The translations under genes and the position numbers were made by a program. A model generated the notes under the pieces. That model was not told where the DNA came from. It worked only from the letters and a program-made list of their open reading frames with translations, and did not search any database. Positions 7,620-17,235 of a stretch of DNA of 44,183 nt are shown here, one piece after another (within the stretch, counting starts at the first letter, position 1; each line of letters begins with the position of its first letter). Source of the DNA: Myxococcales bacterium (lineage in GTDB: Bacteria > Myxococcota_A > Polyangia > Polyangiales > Houyiibacteriaceae); NCBI GenBank assembly GCA_020351445.1, contig CP070713.1, positions 3,217,654-3,261,836 of the forward strand. Reading direction: 5' to 3'.

Positions 7620-10406
7620 ATGGCAGAGCTTCGTACCGATCTCATAATCGCAGCCGATACCAAGGGATTTTCCCAGGCCGCCCAGGAAGCGGAGCGGCTG
7701 AGCGCCACAGCAAACCGGGCTACCGCGGATCAGGTGAAAGGCTACCAGGCCGCACAAGAAGAAATCGCGGGCATTGGCCAGGCCGCGAAGGCGGCTGTGG
7801 GTGAGCAGGGGTCCGCTGTCGCCGACGCACGGAAATCGCTCGAGCAGTACCAGGCGGAGATCCGTCGGCTGCAGGAAGCCCTGGGCGAGCTCAAGAGCTC
7901 ACAGCTGGCGACCGTGCAGAGCCTCATGCAGGTGCAGAAAGGCAGCGAGGAATACAAGCGCCTGCAGAAACAGCTGGGGGACACGAACGAGACAATGCGG
8001 CTCACCGAGACCGCGTTGCGCGGACTGAATGAGGCCGTGCTGGCGGACGACGGTGCGGCGGAGGCCGCGGACAAACTGGTGGCGGGATACAGCAAGGCAA
8101 AGACTTCCCAGCGGCAATACCGCCAGGAGATCCAAGCGCTCAAGCGCGAGCTCCAAGGGCTAGCCCAGGAGCAAGCCGCGGTGGCCCAGGCGTTGGGAAA
8201 AACAGAGCGCGGGTCCGCAGCGTATCAGGTACTCAGCCGGCGGCTGCAGGACACATCCGAGAAGTCCCGGACCACCGAGACACGGATCCGAGCAATCGAG
8301 CGCGCGACTGGGCGGGGCATGCCCCTGACTGAGCGCGACATGGCCAAGGGCGCCTTCTGGCAGGGGCTGATGCAGGGGGCCTTCCCGGGCATGGGGATGA
8401 TTCAGCGTGGGCCCGGGATGCAGCAGCAAATGATGGGCGCCATGATGGGCCGCGCCGGCCGCGGCGTGGTGGCGGGGGCTTTTGGCGGGGTCCGCGGGCT
8501 GCAACAGATGATCGGAGCCGCGCCGGTGCCTGGCGCCGGGGTGCTTGCGGCCCAGGTGGGCACCGGGCTTGGTTTTGCTGGCGGGGGGCTGCAGCAGATG
8601 CAGGCCCGCTTGCGGGCCCTGCCCATGATGGGCGGGGTGCAGGAGCTCGGGGAGCGGATAGCGGCTGCTCGAGGACGCGCGGGACGGCGCGCGCGCGAGA
8701 CCTACGCGCCGACGCCGATGGCCCCCGAGGCAATCGAGGCTGAAGCACGGGCGGCGGCGGAGCGAGTGCGCGGCGAGCGGATGCCCGAGCTCGAAGCCAA
8801 AATGCGGCGCGCGGAGGATCAGACGCGGCTCGAGCGCGAGACATCCCGCGGGACGGTCCGGGCGATGAGTCGCCGAGAGTACGAGATCGAAGAAGAAATC
8901 GGCCGCATGCAGCGCCACCGTGAGCAGACATTGCGGACAGAGCGAGAGGCCCGGACGCAGGAGCTCCTATCAGGGATCACCGGGGAGCCTACGGCGACGC
9001 AGCGCCGGGCGATGGAAATGAAGGCCCGCAAAGAGCAGGAGATCCTAGAGCGGACCCGCAAGCCCGAAGTAGAGCGCCGCATGCGTGAAATCGTCGAGGC
9101 AGACGTGCAGCGGAAGTATGAGGGGAGGGAGCGCGATCAGATTGAAGCCGAAGCGGAAGCCGCGGCCACGGCCATGCGGAGGGATCTCGAGCGGCCTGAG
9201 CGCCAGCGACGGGCGGCGATGGCAGCTGCAGCCAGGGCAGAGCGCCGGGCCATTTTTCGGCCGGTGCGCCGGGCTGGGGCGGAGCTTGCCGGGCTCCCCG
9301 AGCAGCAAGCAATCCAAATGCTGCAGGCGGTGACACAGCGGGGGGGCGGCGGGATCCAAGACCTGCAGCAGCAAGGCATGCTGCGGGCCGCATTTGCCGC
9401 CCAGACGGCTTACGGGCTAGGGCCCGAGGTAACAGGCGCATTTCAGATGGGAGGCCGCAGAGGGGCCATGGTGGGCGCCAGGGGGCAAGCTGGGGAGCTT
9501 ATGGCCCAAACCATCGGCGATGCGCTGGGCATGGGACTCGAAGGGTGGGAGGCCACCGAATACATGCAGCAAATGGCCAGCGGGATCGATGCCTTCAAAC
9601 AGACGGGCATTCCGATCAATCCGCGGAGCATTGGCAAGCTGGGGCAGGAATTCGCCCAGACCGGTGTGGGGGGACTGCGCGGTGGGATCATGGGCCGGGG
9701 GCTTATGCAGGGCTTGCAGCGGATCTCGACAGAGGGGGTCCGCGGCGGCGTGGACTTGCTGGCGGCTCAGGTTTTCGGTGGCTTCGAGGGGGGTGGGCTT
9801 GGGAATTGGTGGGAAATGCAGAAGCGCTTGGAGGCCGGCGGCGGGGAGGAAGGTTTCAGCACAGAGCAGATCCGAGAATTCATCCAACGCGCGACAGAGG
9901 CCGGCGGCGGAGGCGTGGGCGGCATGATGAGTCTGCGCGAAGTCATGCGACAGATGGGCGTGCAGATGACCGCGGCGGAAACCGAGCAGTTGGCCCGCGG
10001 CGCCATGGCCCCAGGTGAAATGACGCAGGAGCAACAGCAACGTTTTGCTGAAGTGCGGCAACAGATGGCCGCGGGAGCTCGAGCAGCCCCCCGCGGTGTA
10101 GCGGATCTCGAGCAAGATGCGCGCACCATGATGGATACCTTTGGGAAGGAAATTCGGCGGACGGCCGCCCTGCAAAACAAGCAAAACGACATCGGCGAAA
10201 AGCTGGTGCCGGTTTTCAACAACCTGCAATCAAGCGCAGCCAATATCAACAGCATTTTTGCCAACCTGGCGGATGACTCGCTGATCAAATTCTCGAAGGG
10301 CGCAGAGGAATTGAGCAAGAAAATGGTTAAACTCGCCGACAGCCTAGACCGGGCTGAGAGCAGCGAAGCGCTTTCGATTCTCGGCAAGCTAGTCACGTTC
10401 ATGTGA
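7620..10406 (+). CDS. Tail tape measure protein
   Basis: 928 aa. Long coiled-coil Q/E/R/A-rich segments plus Gly/Met-rich hydrophobic stretches (GMGMIQRGPGMQQQMMGAMMG...). Lies after the chaperone pair. Confidence 0.85.
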   Translation: MAELRTDLIIAADTKGFSQAAQEAERLSATANRATADQVKGYQAAQEEIAGIGQAAKAAVGEQGSAVADARKSLEQYQAEIRRLQEALGELKSSQLATVQSLMQVQKGSEEYKRLQKQLGDTNETMRLTETALRGLNEAVLADDGAAEAADKLVAGYSKAKTSQRQYRQEIQALKRELQGLAQEQAAVAQALGKTERGSAAYQVLSRRLQDTSEKSRTTETRIRAIERATGRGMPLTERDMAKGAFWQGLMQGAFPGMGMIQRGPGMQQQMMGAMMGRAGRGVVAGAFGGVRGLQQMIGAAPVPGAGVLAAQVGTGLGFAGGGLQQMQARLRALPMMGGVQELGERIAAARGRAGRRARETYAPTPMAPEAIEAEARAAAERVRGERMPELEAKMRRAEDQTRLERETSRGTVRAMSRREYEIEEEIGRMQRHREQTLRTEREARTQELLSGITGEPTATQRRAMEMKARKEQEILERTRKPEVERRMREIVEADVQRKYEGRERDQIEAEAEAAATAMRRDLERPERQRRAAMAAAARAERRAIFRPVRRAGAELAGLPEQQAIQMLQAVTQRGGGGIQDLQQQGMLRAAFAAQTAYGLGPEVTGAFQMGGRRGAMVGARGQAGELMAQTIGDALGMGLEGWEATEYMQQMASGIDAFKQTGIPINPRSIGKLGQEFAQTGVGGLRGGIMGRGLMQGLQRISTEGVRGGVDLLAAQVFGGFEGGGLGNWWEMQKRLEAGGGEEGFSTEQIREFIQRATEAGGGGVGGMMSLREVMRQMGVQMTAAETEQLARGAMAPGEMTQEQQQRFAEVRQQMAAGARAAPRGVADLEQDARTMMDTFGKEIRRTAALQNKQNDIGEKLVPVFNNLQSSAANINSIFANLADDSLIKFSKGAEELSKKMVKLADSLDRAESSEALSILGKLVTFM

Positions 10407-10416
10407 GGGGGCCCAC

Positions 10417-11946
10417 ATGCCTACGGGGGGACCTAGCCCGGGTTTTCAGGGCACGGAAACGAGCGGTGCGGAAATCACCGTCTATTCAGTCGGCGACGAT
10501 CCCATTGTTTTCGGTTCAAGCGGCGCGCTGCCTATCGTGGGCCGCTACCGCCAGGACGCTGACCACGCGCTGGTGGCCTGCAATACGCAGAAAATCATGG
10601 GGCAGGCGGGGCAGTTTTCCTTCACGGTGAAACCAGCCCGCGGGGTGACGGATACCCTCTTTGAGCGGATCGTTGACGATGACTGGGTGGACATTGTTTT
10701 TCGGAGGCACGGCCGCGTTTGGCATACGATGCGCGGGACCGTGGACAATGTGTCCAGACAGCGGACGGTCGGCGGGGCAGGCGCAACGCAGATCAGTTAC
10801 ACGATCACCGGCCGGGATCACCAGAAGCAATTTGAGCTCACGCCGCTTTGGTTCAACAAATTCACGCACGAAAACCTGGCGGGCAGCGCGTCCTATCGGG
10901 TCTATTCGATAGCTCCAACGCTTGGCGGGGATCCGGCGGAAACGGTGCAGGCGTTCCTGATCTCATGGATGCAGGAGCTCGAAGGGATAGGCCGCGCAAA
11001 TTGGCCTATGCCGGACACGCTGCCAAATACGCTCGGGAATTTCATCGAGGACATACAGCGCGGCTTTGTCCTGGACGGATTCAGCGGCGTACCTTCCCGA
11101 GTCTCGATCAATCCCAATTTCATGGAGCCGAACGGGACGCTTTGGAGTTTGGCCCAGGAATGGGGGGACCCTGGTTTCTGCGAGCTCTGGTGCGACCTGG
11201 GCAAAAACAGTGCGCAGCTGGGCGCCGGGGAGGAATGCACGCTTGACGAGTCGACCCTGAGCGTCTTCTTTCGAGACCGGCCGTTTCCGCTTTCCCGGGC
11301 CGTGGTCGACGAAAACAATCAGACGCCCACGGGCCTTGGCTTGGGCCGGGACAGCGCGTGGTTTTCGCTGCCCCTTCACGTGGTGCCGCGCCAGCAAGTG
11401 ATTGCCGACACGGTGCAGCGTTCCGGCACGGAACGACTCAACGCGTTTTTCGTTTCACCGCAGCTGACACAGGAGTTTTGCCGCCTGGGCCGCAACGACT
11501 TGCTGCAGCCCCTTTGGAGCTCGCGCGACATATACCGCCATGGCTTGCGTCGTTACGATATCATGACGCACTACAAGCACCCCCAGGCGAAGTTGCTCAC
11601 GATCAGCGCGATCCAACGCCACATGGCGCGGGACTGGTACGCGATCAATCCCTACCTGATGAATGGGACGATCAACCTGGCGGTGGGACGCCCTGAGATC
11701 CGCGTGGGTACGCGCGTGCGTATCCCCGGGGACGCGGGCGAGACCACGCTGGACGAGACCTATTACGTCGAGGGGGTGTCCAATGATTGGGTTTTTGGCC
11801 AGGGGATCCGGACGGGCCTAAACGTCACGCGTGGGTGGATCGGCGATGACGATAGCCTGATGGATGCAGTGGAAACCTTGGTTGACGAATACGCGCAGCC
11901 CGAAAAGATGACGCCGCGGGCCGCGTCAAGTGAGGCGCTAGTATGA
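10417..11946 (+). CDS. Baseplate hub protein (gp27/gpD-like by position)
   Basis: 509 aa. First gene after the tape measure and ATGA-coupled to the spike gene. Beta-rich N-terminal region (GQFSFTVKP...DDDWVDIVF). Confidence 0.45.
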   Translation: MPTGGPSPGFQGTETSGAEITVYSVGDDPIVFGSSGALPIVGRYRQDADHALVACNTQKIMGQAGQFSFTVKPARGVTDTLFERIVDDDWVDIVFRRHGRVWHTMRGTVDNVSRQRTVGGAGATQISYTITGRDHQKQFELTPLWFNKFTHENLAGSASYRVYSIAPTLGGDPAETVQAFLISWMQELEGIGRANWPMPDTLPNTLGNFIEDIQRGFVLDGFSGVPSRVSINPNFMEPNGTLWSLAQEWGDPGFCELWCDLGKNSAQLGAGEECTLDESTLSVFFRDRPFPLSRAVVDENNQTPTGLGLGRDSAWFSLPLHVVPRQQVIADTVQRSGTERLNAFFVSPQLTQEFCRLGRNDLLQPLWSSRDIYRHGLRRYDIMTHYKHPQAKLLTISAIQRHMARDWYAINPYLMNGTINLAVGRPEIRVGTRVRIPGDAGETTLDETYYVEGVSNDWVFGQGIRTGLNVTRGWIGDDDSLMDAVETLVDEYAQPEKMTPRAASSEALV

Positions 11947-13019
11947 CACAGCCACGTGTGCCGCAAAGCGGCCTGATCCGCCGCTACCAGCTGCCAGGGC
12001 AGGGCTACCGTTCGACGGGCCAGCTGATCCGCGGCGTGGTCCTCGCAACCTACGTGACCGATGATCCTGGGCACCCTGAGACCCCCGAGGGGAGCGAGGA
12101 TGGCCGGATCCCTACGGCCGTCTACTGCGACGTGCTGTGCTACTCGAGCATGCCGGGAATGCGTTTCGTGGCGTTGCCGCGGGTCATGGTGCTACAGGAC
12201 GCCGGGGGGATGCACAGTGGGCGGATCTGGAAACCGCGCGCCACCACGTTCGATATCACGGGCGCCGAGCTCGACGTTGACGGCCCGACCGAAGTGGCAA
12301 ACATGGACGGCGACCATGTGCTGGTGGCGTTCATTGAAGGCAATCCCAACGAGCCGGTGATTGTCGGCGGGGTGCCGCACCCCAGCCGCGACGTGGGCAA
12401 CGAGGAAAAAGAGACCGGCCGGCGGCTGCGCCTGAAAATCGAGGACGGCGACCCGAACCTTGTGAAGCACCATGGGACTTTCTGGGGCGTCCTCGACAAT
12501 GGAGACTGGATCCTTGACTCGACGCACGCCAACGATGGGACGCTGCAGGACGGCGACGCCACGCGAGCTCACGAGCAGCCGCCCCCCGACGATGGAAAGG
12601 GGGCCCAGCGTTTTCGCCTGGGCCCGAATGCCGAGCACCTGGTGGAGCTCGTGGATCACATCACAGATCCGGACGCGCCTGAGAGTGTGGCCCACGCGAA
12701 GCTCACGGCGGCTCTGCGGGAGATCCTGATCAAAGAGGCCGGGGCGATCTGGCGGGTCATTCTCGAGGAAGGGGCCAACACATTGGAGGCCACCGGGAAG
12801 GATGACGCCGCAGAGCTCAAAGTGGGGGACGGCGCCGTGGGGGCGATGATCGGTCAGAATTGGGAATCGTTCTTTGACGGGTCGCTGAAAACTTGGCTGA
12901 CCACGCACACGCATCCCACCGGGGTTGGGCCCAGCGGCCCACCGGCGGAGGCCGGCTCTTTTCCGTCCTACAGCGGCGCGGGGTCTACTTCTACCAAGCT
13001 CACGTTTCCGGATGGCTGA
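11943..13019 (+). CDS. Baseplate central spike (gpV / gp5 OB-fold type)
   Basis: GDHVLVAFIEGNPNEPVIVGGVPH matches the gpV/VgrG OB-fold signature (GD.V.V.F..G....P.I.G). HTH (HxH) at 12906-12914 lies near the C-terminal tip. Confidence 0.75.
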   Translation: MTQPRVPQSGLIRRYQLPGQGYRSTGQLIRGVVLATYVTDDPGHPETPEGSEDGRIPTAVYCDVLCYSSMPGMRFVALPRVMVLQDAGGMHSGRIWKPRATTFDITGAELDVDGPTEVANMDGDHVLVAFIEGNPNEPVIVGGVPHPSRDVGNEEKETGRRLRLKIEDGDPNLVKHHGTFWGVLDNGDWILDSTHANDGTLQDGDATRAHEQPPPDDGKGAQRFRLGPNAEHLVELVDHITDPDAPESVAHAKLTAALREILIKEAGAIWRVILEEGANTLEATGKDDAAELKVGDGAVGAMIGQNWESFFDGSLKTWLTTHTHPTGVGPSGPPAEAGSFPSYSGAGSTSTKLTFPDG

Positions 13020-13022
13020 CCT

Positions 13023-13577
13023 ATGGCGATGAGTGCGGACACATTGGCGAGCGAGCTCGAAGCGCTCGATCCGGTAGCCGATGAGGCGCCGGTGATTGAG
13101 AATCTGCGCAATGCCTGGGATCTCTACTTCGCAGAGTCGACGGTCAAGGGTATCAGCCCAATTGTCACGCCCTACGATCCAGGGCCCCCGGAAGTGCCGC
13201 GGTCCACGCCCTACGACGTAGCCCTAGACGCCTTCGCTGGGGCCCTCACGGGCATTTCCACGGGCACAACGGCCGTCCAGGGGGCAACCTACCTGGTAAA
13301 CGCTATGGTCGCATTCTGGGGCGCTCTGGCGCCCCTGGTGCCCACCGTCTGGGTGACGGTCCCGCCGCTGGCAACACTCACGACGATCCCCACTGGTTTG
13401 CTTGCGCCACCTACGGTGATCGCTGCGCTGGCGCCAGTGTTTACGGCAAACACGGTGGCTGCGCTGTCGAAGCCGGATTGCATGAGTGCAATTGCGGCCA
13501 TCCTTCACGCAAACAACACGGGCGCGACAGTGACCGATACCACGGTCCCGACGCCTCTGATTCTGCCGGTGCTCTAG
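13023..13577 (+). CDS. Ala/Thr/Pro/Val-rich baseplate-module protein, function unknown
   Basis: 184-aa ORF between the spike and LysM genes. I did not see the gp25-like motif expected at this position. Confidence 0.4.
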   Translation: MAMSADTLASELEALDPVADEAPVIENLRNAWDLYFAESTVKGISPIVTPYDPGPPEVPRSTPYDVALDAFAGALTGISTGTTAVQGATYLVNAMVAFWGALAPLVPTVWVTVPPLATLTTIPTGLLAPPTVIAALAPVFTANTVAALSKPDCMSAIAAILHANNTGATVTDTTVPTPLILPVL

Positions 13578-13590
13578 AAGGGGGGAAGCA

Positions 13591-15567
13591 ATGGCAAACG
13601 CACTGAAGTTGCTACGCGAGCAGACAAGGCAATCGGCGACGGGGGACAGTCTCTATTACCGCCGGCTGCTCAATTTCTTTGAGCTCCGCGTGCCCCCGGA
13701 ATCAGCGTTTGGCGTGATCAACGAATTCCTTTTCCCGTTTGTGATCCCGCACGATTCAATGCGCGTCGAGGAACCTTTCACCGTGGAAGTGACGCCGACG
13801 CAAGGCGGGGGACTCTACACAGAAGAAAACGGGATCGTGCAGCGGATGATCACAATCCGCGGCAATACGGGCTTCAAACCGCGGCGACTGCAGGGCAACG
13901 GGTCATGGGTGCTCGCCACCACGACGCCCGAGAAAAAGAGCTATACGCGCCAGCTGCCGTCTCACGTGACCGACGCAATCACAGGCCATCGGCATTTTGA
14001 GTATCTGAACGACGCTGTTTTTCGCACGTATGGGGACTTGAAACGGGACCCTGCGACGGCGGAGGGGACGAAGCTCATTCTGCACGTGCCGAAGGACGAG
14101 GAACATTGGGTTGTTGTGCCCCAGCGCTTCACGCTCGAGCGCGCCGCGGGGCGCCCGCACATTTACAACTATGCGATTGACCTGATCGCCGTCGACAAAG
14201 CAGACGATGTTGAGGCCACATTCTCGGAGGACAAAGACTGGCTGGATACGCTGCGGGACGGTGTGCGCGTCGTGAAGGCCGCGGTGGATCTCGCGTCGGG
14301 CGCAATCCAGGATCTGACTGCAATCGTCGGCGAGCTCGAGAATTTCATCAAAGACGTTGCCAAGATCATTGACGCAGTGGGGACGATACTTGAGGCAGCG
14401 CAAGATTTCTTGGACGGGGTAACCGACTTGATACAGGCGCCGCTGGCGCTGATCGATAGCACGCTGGGACTGATAGACACCGCGCAAGACACGTGGGACG
14501 CGCTCAAAGAGGCGAATGAGGACATTCGCGACATTGACGATACGATCAAGCACAAGCTTTTCCAGGTGACGCTAGATGCGCTCGAGCTCTTTGGGACGCA
14601 TCCCGAGCTCTTTGAGACGCCGCAACAGAGGGAAGCCCGGCAACGCAAAGAGCGGAGCATCCTACTGCGGGACATTTCGCCAGCCCGGCGGACTGAAGCG
14701 GAGGCGAGCGATCCACCGAGCTCCATTGACGCCTGGGCTGCGCTGGGGACCACGTTGACGCCTGGGGACGTGCTCTCAGCCCAGGGTGAGCTCTTTTCGG
14801 CGGTCCGGGTGCCGAACTACAGCAGTGCGCAGCTGGTGCCCATCGGCCAGGGGGACACGCTCCCCAACCTGGCAGCCCGATACCTGGGCGACGCGCGCCG
14901 GTGGGATGACATCGCCGATCAAAACAACCTGGAGCCGCCCTTTGTCGACGCACAGGCGTCAACCGACTTGCAGACGACAGACGACAAGGCGTTGTCGCAG
15001 GCCCTCGGGACCGGTGACTATCTGCTGATCCCCAATTTCACCAAGAGCGCAGCCAAGCGAGCTCTGACCGCGGTGCTTGGCGTGCGGCCCACAGAGAGCC
15101 CGCTGGTGCACCTGCTAGGCCGGGATCTGGCCGTGGTGCGGACTGCAGCTGTCGGCGAAACGCCCGCGTCCTACATCGCCCCCAGGCGCCCGCTATTCGA
15201 TCTGCCGGTGGACATCGCAGGGGGCTCACAGGACGCGCAGACGGCGGAGGGAATTGACAACCTATCGCAAGGCCTTCTGCTGCGGATCACGACAGAGCGC
15301 GGCACCGATATCCTGTATCGCCGTCTAGGGCTGGGGCGCGTCGTGGGGACGAATCAGGCGGGGATTGAGCTTGAAATATCCCGTTTTCGGGTGACCGAAT
15401 GCCTGGGCGCGGACGCGCGTATTGCGTCTGTGCGGCAAGTCGTTTTCGAGGGGATCGATCCGGGGTCTGCTGTCCCCGCCAACGTGTCCCTAGATACTCT
15501 GGTGGTCGACGTTGAGCTTGAAGTGTTGGGCTTTGCAGAGCGCGTCAACGTGAGGCTAGCCGTCTGA
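13591..15567 (+). CDS. Large baseplate/tail protein with an internal LysM domain
   Basis: 658 aa. LysM-type motif QLVPIGQGDTLPNLAARYLGDARRWDDIADQNNL (about 14830-14930). Long acidic helical region in the middle. Confidence 0.65.
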   Translation: MANALKLLREQTRQSATGDSLYYRRLLNFFELRVPPESAFGVINEFLFPFVIPHDSMRVEEPFTVEVTPTQGGGLYTEENGIVQRMITIRGNTGFKPRRLQGNGSWVLATTTPEKKSYTRQLPSHVTDAITGHRHFEYLNDAVFRTYGDLKRDPATAEGTKLILHVPKDEEHWVVVPQRFTLERAAGRPHIYNYAIDLIAVDKADDVEATFSEDKDWLDTLRDGVRVVKAAVDLASGAIQDLTAIVGELENFIKDVAKIIDAVGTILEAAQDFLDGVTDLIQAPLALIDSTLGLIDTAQDTWDALKEANEDIRDIDDTIKHKLFQVTLDALELFGTHPELFETPQQREARQRKERSILLRDISPARRTEAEASDPPSSIDAWAALGTTLTPGDVLSAQGELFSAVRVPNYSSAQLVPIGQGDTLPNLAARYLGDARRWDDIADQNNLEPPFVDAQASTDLQTTDDKALSQALGTGDYLLIPNFTKSAAKRALTAVLGVRPTESPLVHLLGRDLAVVRTAAVGETPASYIAPRRPLFDLPVDIAGGSQDAQTAEGIDNLSQGLLLRITTERGTDILYRRLGLGRVVGTNQAGIELEISRFRVTECLGADARIASVRQVVFEGIDPGSAVPANVSLDTLVVDVELEVLGFAERVNVRLAV

Positions 15568-15603
15568 GCAAACCACATAGCTTGGCAATCCTGGGGGGGA
15601 ATC

Positions 15604-17223
15604 ATGCCGAGATTTACACCGCTAACGCAGCCACAGATCCAGCAACGCATGGTGGCGAAGTTGATCACACGCGCGGGGATCTCCGACGTAGGCGATAGCT
15701 CGGTTGCCAAGCACATCCTGGCAGCTGCGGCGCGCTCAGACGCGGAGCAATATTACCAAATGGTGCGCCTGCTCAAGCTATTCAGCATTGACACGGCCAC
15801 CGGGGAGGACTTGGACGAGCGCGCGAAAGACGTGCAGCCGAGCACGATTAACCGCATTCAGAGCGCGAAAGCAAGCGGCTTTGTCGTCTTCTCGCGATCG
15901 GGCACAACGGGCACGGTCACGATCCCCGCGGGAACGCGCGTGAAAACATCGGCTGGGGTGGAATTCTCAACCACGGCCGTTGGGACGATCACGCCCACCA
16001 GCGCGGAGCGCATAGGCGGCCACGGCGTGGGCCGTGACAGCAACCTGGTTTCCTGCCTGGCCGTCCTCCCAGGCGCAGACGGCAACGTGGCAGCGGATAC
16101 CGTGATCCGCTTCTCGGCGAAGCCGGCGGGTGTGGATGAGGTAACCAACCTAACCGCATTCAGCAACGGGTTGGACACCGAGACGGATGACTCCTTTCGG
16201 AACCGAATCAAGAATTTCATCGCATCGTTGGCCCGGTGCACTGTCGGCTCCATCGAGAGCAATCTGATAGGCCAGCAAGATCCGGACAGCGGCGCCAGCG
16301 TGCTGTTTGCCAAGGTGGTTGAGGACTCGATCAATCCGGGGATCATCACGATCTACATTGACGACGGGACGGGGACTGCTGAGACCACTGAGGAAATTGC
16401 GATTGCGCTGGCGGTGAATTACACGTGGAACGGGACAACCACCGTGACCATGAGCGACACAAGCGACGTGGCCGCGGGGGACTGGATCCGGCTGGACAGC
16501 GATGGGCAATTTTTTGAAGTGCAGAGCGTTGTCCCAAATACGTCGGTTGCCATCGCCAATCCGGGAGCTCTCACCATTCCCACAGGGACGGGCCCGAGCA
16601 GCAAGAGCGGCGACCTGGTGACGCTGGGCCTGGCGGGACCCCCGCCAAATACAGCGGTCGGCGGGGAAACGACGCTCAATCTGAACTATGGGGCGATCAA
16701 AGACACGCTGCCCCTGACTATTTGGAGCTCAACACGGGGCCCGCTGAGCTCGCCCACAGAATTCTATGTGAACTACGCGACGGGGCAGATCGATTTCCCG
16801 GTGGCTTTGTCTACTGGCGAAGCGATTGCGGCGAACTACACGCGGTTTACAGGGCTTCTCGCCTACGTGCAGAAAATCGTGGACGGGGATCCGAATGACC
16901 GGATCAATTTCCCGGGCCTTCGCGCCGCGGGGATACTGGCGAGCGTCGCTGTGCCGCAAGTCCTGCTCCAAAACGTGGTGGCTGTCCTGACAATCGAGGA
17001 AGGCTACGAGCCGGACGACGTGCGCCTGGGCGTGACGCGGGCCGTCAAAGAGTACATCAATTCCCTGAACATTTCGGGGGACGTGATAGTGGCGGAGCTC
17101 ATTGCGCGTATCATGGGCGTCGCTGGGGTCTACAACGTGACTGTCACTGAGCCTGCGGCTGACCGCGTGATCCTCGACGATCAGCTGATACGCACACAGG
17201 ACAGCAATATCACGATCACCTAG
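15604..17223 (+). CDS. Baseplate wedge protein, gpJ / gp6-like
   Basis: 539 aa. The N-terminal pattern (FTPLTQPQIQQRMVAKL...SSVAKHILAAAARSDAEQYYQM...TATGEDLDERAKDV) is typical of Baseplate_J proteins. Carries an inserted 68-aa domain at 16405-16608. Confidence 0.75.
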   Translation: MPRFTPLTQPQIQQRMVAKLITRAGISDVGDSSVAKHILAAAARSDAEQYYQMVRLLKLFSIDTATGEDLDERAKDVQPSTINRIQSAKASGFVVFSRSGTTGTVTIPAGTRVKTSAGVEFSTTAVGTITPTSAERIGGHGVGRDSNLVSCLAVLPGADGNVAADTVIRFSAKPAGVDEVTNLTAFSNGLDTETDDSFRNRIKNFIASLARCTVGSIESNLIGQQDPDSGASVLFAKVVEDSINPGIITIYIDDGTGTAETTEEIAIALAVNYTWNGTTTVTMSDTSDVAAGDWIRLDSDGQFFEVQSVVPNTSVAIANPGALTIPTGTGPSSKSGDLVTLGLAGPPPNTAVGGETTLNLNYGAIKDTLPLTIWSSTRGPLSSPTEFYVNYATGQIDFPVALSTGEAIAANYTRFTGLLAYVQKIVDGDPNDRINFPGLRAAGILASVAVPQVLLQNVVAVLTIEEGYEPDDVRLGVTRAVKEYINSLNISGDVIVAELIARIMGVAGVYNVTVTEPAADRVILDDQLIRTQDSNITIT

Positions 17224-17235
17224 CAGGGGGCCGCT

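Noticed and set aside
8160-8931. Two overlapping ORFs of about 250 aa on the minus strand inside the tape measure region.
   Set aside because: They are antisense to the tape measure gene and extremely Arg/Pro/Ala/Gly-rich. They are two overlapping frames of the same low-complexity region.
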